Shown here piece after piece: positions 1-11,470 of a stretch of 64,000 nucleotides of DNA. This stretch comes from Lama guanicoe (Eukaryota): assembly GCA_013239625.1 (NCBI GenBank), contig MU053504.1, positions 436,001-500,000 of the forward strand. The letters are read 5' to 3'. Under the pieces are notes generated by a model that saw nothing but the letters and a program-made list of their open reading frames with translations, did no database searches and had not been told where the DNA came from. Positions within the stretch are counted from its first letter, which is position 1; every line of letters starts with the position of its first letter. The translations under genes were made by a program, and so were the position numbers.

Positions 1-1879
1 AAGCATTACCTATTCAGAAATTGTTAAAACTAAATTTTAAAAATTGTTAAAACAGAAATTTTAAAAACTAAATTTAGCGTGGTGCCTGACACAAAGCAAG
101 CTGTCGGTAAATACCGGCAGCTGCTGTTAATCCATTCTTCCAGGCCTTTCCTGTCAACAAATCTGTTCATGTCCAATACTACATTTCACCATCACAGCAG
201 CCCCTACGAGTGTTACTACTTAGATTTTACATCTTAAAAGACTGAGGTGCAAAGGTTTTGTGACAGACCCCTGCCAACCAGCTAGACAGTCCCCCACCCA
301 GAGTCCAGTGCCCATCTCTGATTCCCAGTCCTGAGGCCTTTCCAGTTCCCCAGACCACCTCAGCCATTAGGGTGGCATCAGCTGGATTTGTGTGCCCAAG
401 AGTAGTGTGTTGTTTTTATCTAAGAGGAGAGGAGAGCACGTAAGGAGGAAATCATGTGTGGTCAAGATCACCCCCAAATCCCTTAGAGGGGCCTTTTTGA
501 GGTTGGGCCGTGCTGTCCAGTGGGCCCAGCTAGGCAGTTGTGCCTACAGAGTTTAGCATACAGCACTTTTCTTCAGTTGATTACCAGATGAAGTTTTAGG
601 GGCTTGATTTTAGAGACCATGTGAAAAATTAGCTTTTATTTTCAATCTCTAGAGCTTCAGCACATCCAGGACTGAGAATGTTTTATAACAGGCTCTGGGC
701 ATATACAGAACGAGCTCACAGAAGTGTGTGTGTGTTGCAGTGAGACCGTGTTGAGTGTGAGCCTAAAGGATAAGCCGTGACAATTTCAAGTACAGTTTCA
801 AATTGTTGGGGTGGGCCTGGCAGCTCCCTTTCTATCCTCCATGGTTCGGTGTTTTTTCTCTCCTCCCCACGCTCTGTGGCCCAGGAGAGAGAGACAGAGA
901 TGGCTCTGTGTTTCAGGAGCCAGCAAGGCTCTGCTCTCGAGGGCATTGTGATAGCCACTGTAAGCACTCTGTTTGCTGCCCTCTGGCACCACCCGGGCTG
1001 TCCAGTGAGGCAGGTTATTGGGAGGCCACCAGAAACTTTGATTGCCAGCTCCATGAACCATGGCTTGGGGGCAGTAACCTAAGTCAGGAAAAATTGCTTC
1101 CCTTGGAAACCACGTCCACCTAAATGCCAACAGCCTGTTCAGCCCAGTAGGTAGAACTTAGTGAAGAAGCACCTACTTTTGGATTTTTTCCCAGTTCTTT
1201 AATTAATGACTTCTTACCTGTAAGCTTAGATTTGCTGCTTTTTAGAAGGCTTTCCCAAGGTCTGGCAGGAACCCGCCATGCCCCAGAACTGTCAGGTTTG
1301 TATTGCTCACCAGGGCTCCAAGCAGATTCCAAAGCACATTTTTTTCAAATACCAAACCTTTTTTGTTTTGTTATATCCATAACCATATCCTTTATAGAAG
1401 AAAACAGGAAAGTATAAAGAAGAAACTCCTCCCAGGTGTAACTGTCACTGTTTATAGTTTCAGTTAATGCATCTTTCTAGTTTTATTTATACACACATAC
1501 ACGCATTTTTCACACTTGATTTCCTAGGCTATTGATAATCCCCTTTTCTCCCACAGTTAACACTAGAGCAGAAGCATTTTTGCACATCATTTTAAAACAG
1601 TCTAAAAGAATGCTGTTTCCATGACTTCATTACCATGATCTCCCTAACTGGTCCCAATTTAGGGCCAATATAGTTCCCTTAGTTAAAGTCTTTATGGTGA
1701 TATTTTAATTTGAATTATGTATTCTGTCTTTAAGATGGATACCTAGACAGAAAATTATCAAATCAAAGAATGTGAAGATACAGAAGGCTGTTGAAAGACA
1801 TACATTTTGTGTGTATATATTAGTATAGGCTTGATCCACAAAGTATGCGCTCAGTTATGCTCCGGCTCCTGCAGTCTCA

Positions 1880-2040
1880 GTGTGGGCAAAACTGGTTCTC
1901 GGTGGGGATGAAAAAAAATCCTAGAAGTTACAATAGTTTGTGGCCATCCAATGGGCCACAGTACATAAAAAGATGTACAATGTCTGTGATATTAAAATTT
2001 CATGCAGGGACCACAATAAAAAAAAGGTTGAGAGCACAAT
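1880..2040. mobile_element. hAT-Charlie family DNA transposon fossil (MER106-like)
   Basis: GGGCAAAACTGGTTCTC...TTTGTGGCCATCCAATGGGCCACAGTACATAAA...AAAAAAGGTTGAGAGCAC resembles the recalled MER106 consensus and its terminal sequence. Confidence 0.5.
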
Positions 2041-2495
2041 TCTAGTTGTATGTGAGCACCCATCTCACTCCACCCTTGGAAACTTTCCAATCTGAGCTTT
2101 TGGGTTTTGGTTTTAGAATATATTTTTCTGGTCTAAGTATTTTTGGTCATTTATACAAAGTTTAGGAACTTGAGAAAGATATGAATAAAATAAAATTTAT
2201 CTGTTATTGTTCATATATTTTATCTTTCTACACTGTTGGGAGTCTCCCATGTTTCTAGCTTTGTGTCTGGCTCTTTTCACGTAATTGCCATTATAATATT
2301 TTCAGTGTTAGTCTGTGCCAAGGACCCCTTGTGTTACGGAAATATCCCTTGTCTTTCGGTCTCATGCAGGGGCTTCCCCTGTCCTCCACACCTGGGAGAA
2401 CATTTGTGTCCCCGCAGGCATCAGGTTTGGACCTCTGAGAGCCCAGGCGCCTGGCTGCTCTGGGACTTTCAGTAATTGTCCCTTGTTTGTTTCAG

Positions 2496-2549
2496 GTGTG
2501 ATCCTCTGGGCCCATTTGCTGTCGGGGGAGAGGACCTAGACCCCTTTGG
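2496..2549 (+). CDS. PSMF1: PSMF1 (PI31 proteasome regulator) internal coding exon, 54 nt; upstream exons lie outside the window
   Basis: Acceptor ttgtttcag| and donor |gtgagt. Reads (x)CDPLGPFAVGGEDLDPF(G), the recognisable PI31 'VGGEDLDPFG' motif. Phase matches the next exon. Confidence 0.93.
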
Positions 2550-3657
2550 GTGAGTACTGCTGAGGAGATGGCAGCAACACGACTCGCTCTCATGGCTTTG
2601 CAGCCCCAGCTCATCTTCTAATTTTAGAGCTTTTAGTCAGTCTTCCTTTGGGGTGAGGGAGGCAGTTGTTGCTGAGTGGCTGAGAAATCATGGCTGCTGT
2701 TCAGCGCTGCCGTGCCCGGAGCGGTACAGGCAGGCTTTGGGTATTGGGGCGGGGCTGAGCAGACCTGGTGGGCTGCTCCTCTCTTGTTTTCTGACCCTGC
2801 TTGTCCTGGTGGAGAACAGCAGCTGTCCCTTGGATGGAAAGACACTACGGGGGTTTATCAGGTGCAGACTGAAGAGCACACGGTGGCTCTGGATGTTAGG
2901 GCAGTTCAGGGCTATTCGAGGCCACATCAGTTAGTAAGGGGAGTCTCTGATTCCCACTAGACTCTGGCGTGGTTCTTGTGTACCACAGTTACAGCCTCAG
3001 CTATGTGCCATCTACTCTGAATCCTTCTAGTTTCTAACCTGCTGCAAAGTATCCTCAACTTGAGCATCTCATTTTTTGACAGTGGGGACATTGTATGTCT
3101 TGTTAAGCTTGAACAGTGGCCTCAAAGTTTAGGGAACATCAACTCATTCATCCTAGTTTGAGCCATGGAACTCCATGAGGGACAGATGCTGTCAGGAGCC
3201 AAACTTGAGGCAGTCATCGATTTCCCTGAGGCCCATGAAGGAAATAGCCAAAAAGCTCACATTATAAATTATCTCAATCATAAGTCATTAGACCTAAAGT
3301 AATACCCTGCAGAGCCTTGTGATGGTTCTACACTGACCTTGACTTCTGGCATGTGCCAGAGCCCATGTTCTTGATCAGATTGTCCCCCTTGGTATAGGAC
3401 ATGGCAGGGATCTCAATTTTGTGGGTTCGGGGAGCCTGTAGAGCTGAACGTGCAGGCTGGGATTGCCAGAAAAGGTGTGCTCTTTGTGTTCTCGCTCTTG
3501 CCCACTCCTCCTGGCACTCAGGCAGCCATCCATGCGCGTCTGCTTGAACCTTCCAGGGTAGACGTCCCAGTCACTCTTAGTCCATTCTCACCACCTTCAC
3601 CACTTCTCCAAGGGCTGCTTACCACACCTGCTTACCCATCTTTCCTTCTTCCCTCAG

Positions 3658-3816
3658 CTGTCAGAGAGGTGGCATGATTGTGGACCCCCTGAGATCTGGC
3701 TTTCCAAGAGCACTTATAGACCCATCGTCAGGCCTCCCAAACCGGCTTCCTCCAGGCGCTGTGCCCCCAGGAGCGCGCTTTGACCCCTTTGGACCCATTG
3801 GAACCAGCCCGCCTGG
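3658..3816 (+). CDS. PSMF1: PSMF1 penultimate coding exon, 159 nt
   Basis: Acceptor ttccctcag| and donor |gtaggt. Encodes CQRGGMIVDPLRSGFPRALIDPSSGLPNRLPPGAVPPGARFDPFGPIGTSPP(G), which includes the PI31 'PPGARFDPFGP' motif. Confidence 0.95.
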
Positions 3817-4357
3817 GTAGGTATTCACTCGCTGAGAAGTAGGACCCGATGACAGCTCAGCTCAGCATCGCAGGAAAGAAGGCATCTGACACCAGGTGCA
3901 GAGTTGCCACTAGCTCTGTCCTCTGCTGCCAAGAGAGTGGAGTCTCCTCCACGCCCCTACCCAATGCCTCCATGGAGCCTTCCAGGAGCTCCCTACTCCT
4001 CACTGCCTCCCTTCCCCAGCTCCCCTCAGGGAGGACTCAGGGGAGGGGTTGCTACTCACAATTACTGGAATTTTTCTGTGTCCAGAACTCATTGGATCCT
4101 TATATCGACACTTGGTATATATTCCTGTCCACATTTCACAGATGCAGAAATCAAGTCCCTGAAAGATGAAGTTACCTATCCAAAGTGGGAGAATCAGAAT
4201 TCAAACCCAGGCTGTTGGGCTCTGGAGCTCACGCTCTTAAACTTCACAAAGCACCACATCATTCTGGAGGGCAAGCTCCATCCACTCAGGGCCCTGTCTG
4301 CCTGTGTACCCCCAACTCTCCATCACCCCAACTCACCAGCCCCTCTTTCCATTCCAG

Positions 4358-4409
4358 ACCTAACCCAGACCACCTCCCCCCACCGGGCTACGATGACATG
4401 TACCTGTGA
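4358..4409 (+). CDS. PSMF1: PSMF1 last coding exon, ending in the HbYX motif
   Basis: Acceptor tttccattccag|. Encodes PNPDHLPPPGYDDMYL then TGA. The C-terminal MYL is the HbYX proteasome-docking tail known for PI31. Confidence 0.95.
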
Positions 4410-6660
4410 AGGCCTCAAGAATGTAACATCCCAGCCTCCCCTCTACTCTCCTGGAGCTGCCACTGCTGGGCCCATCAGCAACCGTTTTCATGCAGGCTGG
4501 GGGCAAGGAACTCTGCCCATGTGTTTGCAGGCCGGCTGGGATTGCCTCCCCACCCCTCACCAGCGCCAAGGCACCTGCTGCAGCTCTCCATATGGCTGCA
4601 TATAGGTCCCAAAGAGAAATCAGTGTGTGTCTCACCACCAGCTCCTCCCCGCTTCTAGGGGAGACTCCGGCAACATATATCCTCAACCCGATGCAGTCCC
4701 AGTTGCAGCGCTATAAGAACAGAACGCATTTTGGATGTTATTATTAAGAACCAAATGTCAATACAAAAATCATGTTGCCGGTCTCCCACTCTTCTTTACT
4801 GCTCAGCTCCTTCCAGTTGTGAGACTTGAGAGTTTGAATCTTTGAGGGGCTAAGTGACTCTTTTTACCAAGGGCCTGTTCTTGCTTCTCAGTCACCTTCC
4901 TTTCATAAATTGCTCTTGGTCCTGACAGTACTAAGATGGGTCCCGGTCTGACAACATGGATGAAAATGAGTGACTGGAAACCCCATAGGTTACAAGGACG
5001 ACTTTCACAAGGACAGGCATGTTGCAGAAAGACTGCACCATTCTAAAAATGGCAAAATCCTCCATTTCTGCTTGTCTGAGCCAATCCTCTGGGTCTGTCT
5101 GTGCCTGGGCCATGGGAGACTGAGAGTAAATGGAACAGACCTGGAGGCTAATCTCATTTTTGCCACTAACTTAGTGAGTGACCCTGAGCAAGTCCCTTCC
5201 CCTCCCAGGGCCATCGTGCCCACCTACAAAATCTGAAGTGTGCCTTTCTTACTCTGAAATCTTCTATGTCTGCTTCTATATATGGTGACCCCTAGGAACT
5301 GGGGCAAAAGGAAAAGAATGAAGGTTTAAGGCTTTGTGTGGCACTTACCTACAGAGTCTGCAACTCTGTGCCTCTCGTCCACCTCGGGGCCCAGACACAA
5401 GCATAGCAGCATGGGCTTCACCTGGGTATGGTGCGGAACTCGGGGCAAGCAGGGAGCCCCACCTCTGGAAGCTGGTGGGGGCTGGGGCGGGGGGGGTGCT
5501 GTGGGGAGGAGCTCGTGATGTAAGAAGCAAGCCAGGAAGGCATTTCACCTTCAGGGAGCCCCATCCTCTGGAAGCCTGTGCGCTCTGTCCCGGCCCACCT
5601 GACCTTTGGTGTTCTCCGGATCCTTTTCAGCCCGAGGCCTGACAGACGTGATCAGTGATGAACCCCTGTGCTGGAATGGAAAGAGCACCAGGCTCAGAGG
5701 CAAGAGATCAAGGCACTAGTCGCTCACTCCACATCTAGCACTTCAGCCACGGGTGGGTCCTTTCCCTTCTCAGCTCCTTGGATTCCTTCCCCTAAATTAT
5801 TGGCATATTATTTATCTGTGGGCAGAGGGCCGCTAGAGCCTTCCTGAGGTATCTGCTAATATGCTGTAGCCTGGGACTGCCTGTCTGCTCTGCCCAAGGG
5901 TGGGCTGGGGTAAACTAAACAGGCATATGTGCCCAGGGTCGGCCCAAGACGGAGGCTGGGCCTAGGTGGGGATGGGTGATGATGGTGAGTGGGCTTCCTG
6001 GGCATTTCTGGCAGACCCCACTTCAAGCACTGATTTAACCACCTTGAAGCTGTTAGAACAGCTCTGCTCTGAAGAATGACCCAGAGGTCAGGCAGAATTG
6101 CAAATGCAGCCATCAGTAGTCTTCTTCCTCAAGAGCCAGCAGATGGGTGGAATGTTTTTGTTTTGAAATTGGATCGTCCCTTCTACCAAAAGGGGCAATT
6201 TGCGCATAAAAACATCCTTCATTATAAAAGGAACCATTTTAAAGGAACATCAGAGCAGAAACCATTAGACAAGCAGGGATGATAGATAACTTTCAGGACA
6301 CTGATTCAAGGAAAAGACAAGATTGAAACAATAAATCTACTACTTAGATTTCCTAGGAGCAGAGGTAGAAAGGATGGTCATATATATAATTCTGTTTTCT
6401 GAAAACAGAAACTTTATAGAGATTCATCTGCAGAATCAGCCATTTTTGACTGGGTCTCCTTGCATCAAGGACACTGAGGAACACAGACATGGGGGAAAGT
6501 GAATGGGGCCTATAGGAACTTCCAGGTCAAGCTGTCGGTACATGTTGTATGTCTGGCCACTTCCCTCCTTCCCAGCCGTGGGTAATCACCAGGCAGCCAG
6601 TGGGACTGGTTCAGGTATGTGTTTTGTGGAACCTGAAAGGTTGGCGCCTTAACAATAAAT
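4410..6660 (+). other. PSMF1: PSMF1 3' UTR (3' end uncertain)
   Basis: Follows the stop codon. AATAAA hexamers occur at 6330-6335 and 6654-6659, just before an L1 fragment. Which site is used cannot be determined here. Confidence 0.45.
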
Positions 6661-6686
6661 AATCAGTACTTAATAACCTGCTCCTC

Positions 6687-7420
6687 TTTTTAAAAAATAA
6701 CAGCTTTATTGAGATATAATTCACATACCGATAAAGTTCACTTTTCTTAAAGTGTGCAATTCAGTGTTTTTTTTTTGTATATTCACAGTGTTGTGCATCC
6801 ATCACCATATCTAATTCCTGAACATTTTCACCACCCCAGAAAGAAACCCCATACCCATTAACAGTCACTCCCCATTCCCTCCGCCCAGCCCCAGGTAACC
6901 ACTAATCTATTTTCTGTCTCTAAAAGATTTGCCTATTCTGGACAAATCTTACACGTGGAATCACACAATATGTGGTCTTTTGTGTCTGGCTTTTTTCACT
7001 TAATGTTTCCAAAGTTCATCCATGTTATAGCATGTGTTAGTACTTCCTTCCCTTTTATGGCTCAATAACATTCCACATTTTCTTTATCCATTTATCAGTT
7101 GATGGACAGTTAGGTTATTTCCACATTGGGGCTATTTTGAATAAGGCTGCTATGAACACTTAAGTACAGGTTTTCGTGTGGGCATGTTTTCAGTTCTCTC
7201 GGGCCTATCATCTAGGAGTGGAATTGCTAGATTATACAGTAACTATATGTTTAACTTTTTGAGGAACTGTCAGACTGTTTTCCAAAGTGGCTATCACTAT
7301 TTTACATTCCCACCAGCAGGGTAGAAGGGTTCCAGTTTCTCCACATCCTCACCAGTACTTGTTAGCCTTCTTGTGTATAGTCATCCTGGTGGGTTTTAGG
7401 TGGTATCTCATTATGGTTTT
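6687..7420 (-). mobile_element. LINE-1 3' end fragment (L1M type)
   Basis: Typical antisense L1 3' sequence: AACAGCTTTATTGAGATATAATTCACATAC...ATCCATTTATCAGTTGATGGACA...TTTTTGAGGAACTGTCAGACTGTTTTCCAAAGTGG...GTGGTATCTCATTATGGTTTT. Confidence 0.85.
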
Positions 7421-9185
7421 GTCTTCTATTAAAAAAAAAAAAAGGTTTGGCCAAAGCCAAGCAAGGAAGAAGCCAGAGATATTCACCCCTGGGGAGTAAC
7501 CTATGGCTTTGATAATAGCCACCTTGACATGACCGTGGCTGGTGAGCCACAGAAGAGTTGGGTTTGACTTTTGGGGAATGTTCTGTGTTGGATGTGATAT
7601 AGGACAGGTCCAGTCCGTAGGGAAGTTACTATGACCTTTCCAGATTCAGCAAGATTCATAGCATTACTTTTGCTTGGTTTGAAATTTGTTTATCTAGCGC
7701 CTTACAAGTAAAATAAAGGTCTAGTTCTAAATCCTTGTCTTTGATGAAATGCCATAGACCACATGTACCATCTCTGGCAGCCCCCACATCCCCACCTTCT
7801 CTTCTTGCCTTGTCTCTTTCCAAGTTCTCAGAGCTGGCTGTGTTTCTCATTGCATCACATTTGTCTACTCATCATGAGTTTCTGTCGACCTCCGTGGTGA
7901 AGTCATGAATCTCAAGACCCTGACTCCCAAGAATGTATTATGTTCAAAATGGAGATTTTATAGTCCTATGCTGGATGGTCAGTACCTGCTGACATGCAGT
8001 TAGAAAACGGGTATCAAGCCCCATAACAACCTCATTGTTTGGATTCCAGCTTCCCTATTGCCTCCCTTCCTACTCTTGTTAATGACATTCTGTTACTGAT
8101 CCATGCCTCTTCACAGAAGAAAAATTAGAATCTGTGGAGCAGTTAACATCTGTCACCTTCTAATCTTGTCTACTTGGTGCAGTTCCAGTGCGACAAGTCC
8201 CACCACCAAAGAAAGGAGAGGTCCTCAGCTTTCTGTTATAAAACTTACATGCTTTTTGTCCACCATTGACTTTTTGCACCAAAAGAGAGATTCAAAGGCA
8301 GGCATCCAAGTCCCCAGCCCTTGATTGTTCTTAGGATTCCACAAGGTTCACCCCAAGTTACTCCTATGCTGGGCCCCGAATCTGACCCAGAAGGTAGGCT
8401 ACAGGAGTGGTAGGCAGTAAAAATGGTGGGCGTAGAGGAGTGTCAAGATCCAGGTGACTAAGGATAGACCCTGGAATGCAGAGAGCAGCAATGACATGAG
8501 GTTTGAACTAGTGGCAGGGTCAGGTGGGAGGTACAAAGTGGAAGGTCCAGTCTCTGCTTAAGCTGATATTGCAGTCTAATAGAGATCGGATGACCATGGG
8601 AAAGGCTGTACTTCATATGAGCCACATAAGATGAGTGTTGTGAGGGTTCTGAGGGAGGAGAGAGTGGGAGGGCTGCAGTCAAAAGAAACTACTTCAGCTT
8701 TTTTAAACAAGAAGGTTTGGATTACAGACATCAGCAAGATCACATCATCATTGCCATGATCTGGGGATCAGCAAACTCCAGAGTCCCACAACAACTGCCT
8801 AGACCTGCACTGGAAAGTGAATGCCCCTCATACTGCCACCTCGACCAAGTTCCAAGTTCAAGGCTCAGTTGCATGCATCTGATAGTTGAAACCTACATCA
8901 CCTCAAACCATAGCTGCAAGGGAGCCTAGGAGAATGTTTTGTTCCCATTTCCTGCTTCTCCCTTCAGGAAGGCACATTAGGGACAGAGGTCTGGCGAGCA
9001 GTCTCCTGTGTCTGTCTACAGCATGGGCCATGATATAGATGAGCACCACAGCCATGCTTCTCCAGCATACCAGAGCCTCCCAGTCTCCTGAGATGCATGC
9101 TCAAAGTACACAGTACGTTCTGGGCCCCAACCCAGACCTGGGTCCAAATCACTAGGAAAGGGCCTTTAAGTCCGTTTTTTACAAG

Positions 9186-9335
9186 CACTACTCAAACCAG
9201 TCACACCAGTGGCATAACCTGGAAACTTGTTAGAAATGCAGAATGTCAGACCCCACCCAGGCTTATTAAGTGAGAATCCGCATTTTAACAAGTTGCCCAG
9301 GTGATTCATGTGCACTTTAAAGTTTGAAACTGTAG
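9186..9335. mobile_element. MER5A-like hAT MITE, with a second MER5-like piece immediately upstream (about 9080-9185)
   Basis: CTTGTTAGAAATGCAGAATGTCAGACCCCACCCAG...GCATTTTAACAAG...CCCAGGTGATTCATGTGCACTTTAAAGTTTGA is the MER5A core. Confidence 0.75.
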
Positions 9336-11279
9336 TGTATAAACCTTATATCGTTTTCCTTCACCTGGACATCAGGTGGAAAGAATCAAATCAGTCAATC
9401 TTCTTGGTTCCTGGCATACTATGACTGCAATGCATGAATATAATGAATTCATGCAGGAACCCCATCATTTGAAGATTTTCCAGTTTTACTCCCTATATCT
9501 ATTCCTTTGCCCCCTTATCACTCAGATGTGTTTTATATATGTTTTAAAATATGCACATAGCCTTGTAAAATAGCATACATTGTATCTTCAAATCATAACA
9601 ACAATAATGAAATACTATCCCCACTTTCTAGACCAGAAAAAGAAGGTTGGGAAAGGTCTAGTCATTTGCTCAAAGCCAAGCAGTGGTCTCGGAATCAGGC
9701 AGCATGGGTGTGACTTCCGGCCCTCCCCTTGTTGGCGTGTGGCCTTATCTGCAAAATGAGCATCACCTCTACCTTTAGGGTTGTTGTAAGATCCAACCAA
9801 ATAATTTGTCTTCTAAAAAGCTAGCAGGAGCTTGGTGGGTGCCAGTTATCATTATTACTGAGGCCATAAGACTAGGGGCTCCTGGACAAGAGGAAGGGGA
9901 CCCTAGGTTACCATCCAAGGTAGAAAACAAGCATCTGGTGCCCCCAGTGTGCCAGGCTTTTCCTAGTCTCATAGCACACCTAACTACTCACAAGGTAAAC
10001 ACTGTTAGCAGCATTCGTTGAGATGGTGCAGGGCTTGCCCCTCCATGGGTGGCAGAACCATGAAGGGAACCTGGGTCAGCCTGTTCTAAAACAGTGCTCT
10101 TTGTAGTAGAACTGCTATACCTAGACTCCACACCCTGTCCAGCTGAGGAGCATGGGCAAAACCCATTCTTGAAGCTGGAAAACCAAGTCAGGACTTGTGT
10201 GATAAAGCAACAGGGCTGCACAACCCCCAAGATGGTCTAAGACTCCTAAGTCAGTCCTGTTTGCGAAGTGTATCTCATGTTTTGGAGCACTTCCACCTAT
10301 AACCACAGCACGTGAGCACCCAGGCTGAAACCACCCAGCTCAACCCCCATTCCACAGAGGAAGAAATGCCCACAAAACCTCTCTATGAGAGTAAGCTCCT
10401 GAGAGGCTTCACTGGGCCCCAAAATGGCCTTGGGCTCCATGCAGGGCTCTGTCACCTGACCCCAAATGATGCTCACCCCAGCCTTCTGAGTGGTAGGATG
10501 GGAGCTGCTCTCCCCATTGAATAGATGGAAAAAGCAGGTCCAGAGCAGTTGAATGACCTTCCCAAGGCCATCAAGACCACAGAAATCCTAGTCCAAGGCT
10601 TTGCCAGTAAACACTACCCAAAACAGTCATGTTGGTCTCTGAATGACAAAAATATGAGAATCCCCTTCCCTTCCTCTTCTCTTTCTCCTCTCAGCTAGGC
10701 TGCATTAAGAGCAAAGGGGCCATACAGGTTCAGCACCCTGGTCAGCGCCCCGCTACGTGCAGCTGCGGCAGCCTTTGAGCCAGCATAGGCCAGCGTCCGC
10801 TGCTCCCCAATCCGGAGTGGCCCACTCTTGGGGACAGGCAGGCATCCCTAAGAGAAGGGGACCTGGACTTAGGTATCCTGCCTCCAGGACAGAGCCCTGC
10901 TCTCCTCCTCTCTTTCAGATTAGAACCACAGGAGCACAGTTTTATCCTGTAGGCTTCTTGGTTCCCAGGACATAAATTCACATGAGAAACCTATGAAGAA
11001 GAGAGAGGGCCTGAGCCATGGGGACTCCACGGCAAGGTCCCCCATCCTTTGATTGTCTCCATCAGTAAAATGGGATAAAAGTGGGCTTGACTGCCTCGAA
11101 GATCCTGCTGATATGTGAGATTCCATGATTTAAGCAGGCCATGAGTCTGACCGAATTCAGTGCTGCCCCACCTGCCCCCCATCTCCCCCACAAACTTCCC
11201 AACTCATGTCTAAACCACGAGCCTCAAAGTGGCAGCCCACAGCCCAGATCCACAAACATGCTCTGATTGGCTTGCGTGT

Positions 11280-11470
11280 TATTAAGTTCGAGTCTCGACT
11301 CTGCTATTTATCAGCTATGTGGCCTTGGGAAAGTCAGTTAACTTGCCTCTGCCTCAGCTTCCTCACCTTTAAAATGGAAGTAATGGTAGCATCCACTCTC
11401 CAAAGTAGTTGTGAGATTTTATTAAATGAGCTAGTAGATGTAAAGATTTAGAAGAGTGCCTGGCACAGAA
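11280..11470 (+). mobile_element. MIR SINE (one example of many MIRs in the window)
   Basis: MIR core TGTGGCCTTGGGAAAGTCAGTTAACTTGCCTCTGCCTCAGCTTCCTCACCTTTAAAATGG...GTGCCTGGCACA. Confidence 0.75.

Noticed and set aside
18..77. Short imperfect tandem duplication AAATTGTTAAAAC
   Set aside because: Low-complexity AT-rich slippage with no further structure.
3904..4605. 233-aa ORF overlapping the last PSMF1 intron and exon
   Set aside because: It has a non-ATG start, runs through MIR-like intronic sequence and resembles no protein I recognise. The real exon is in another frame.
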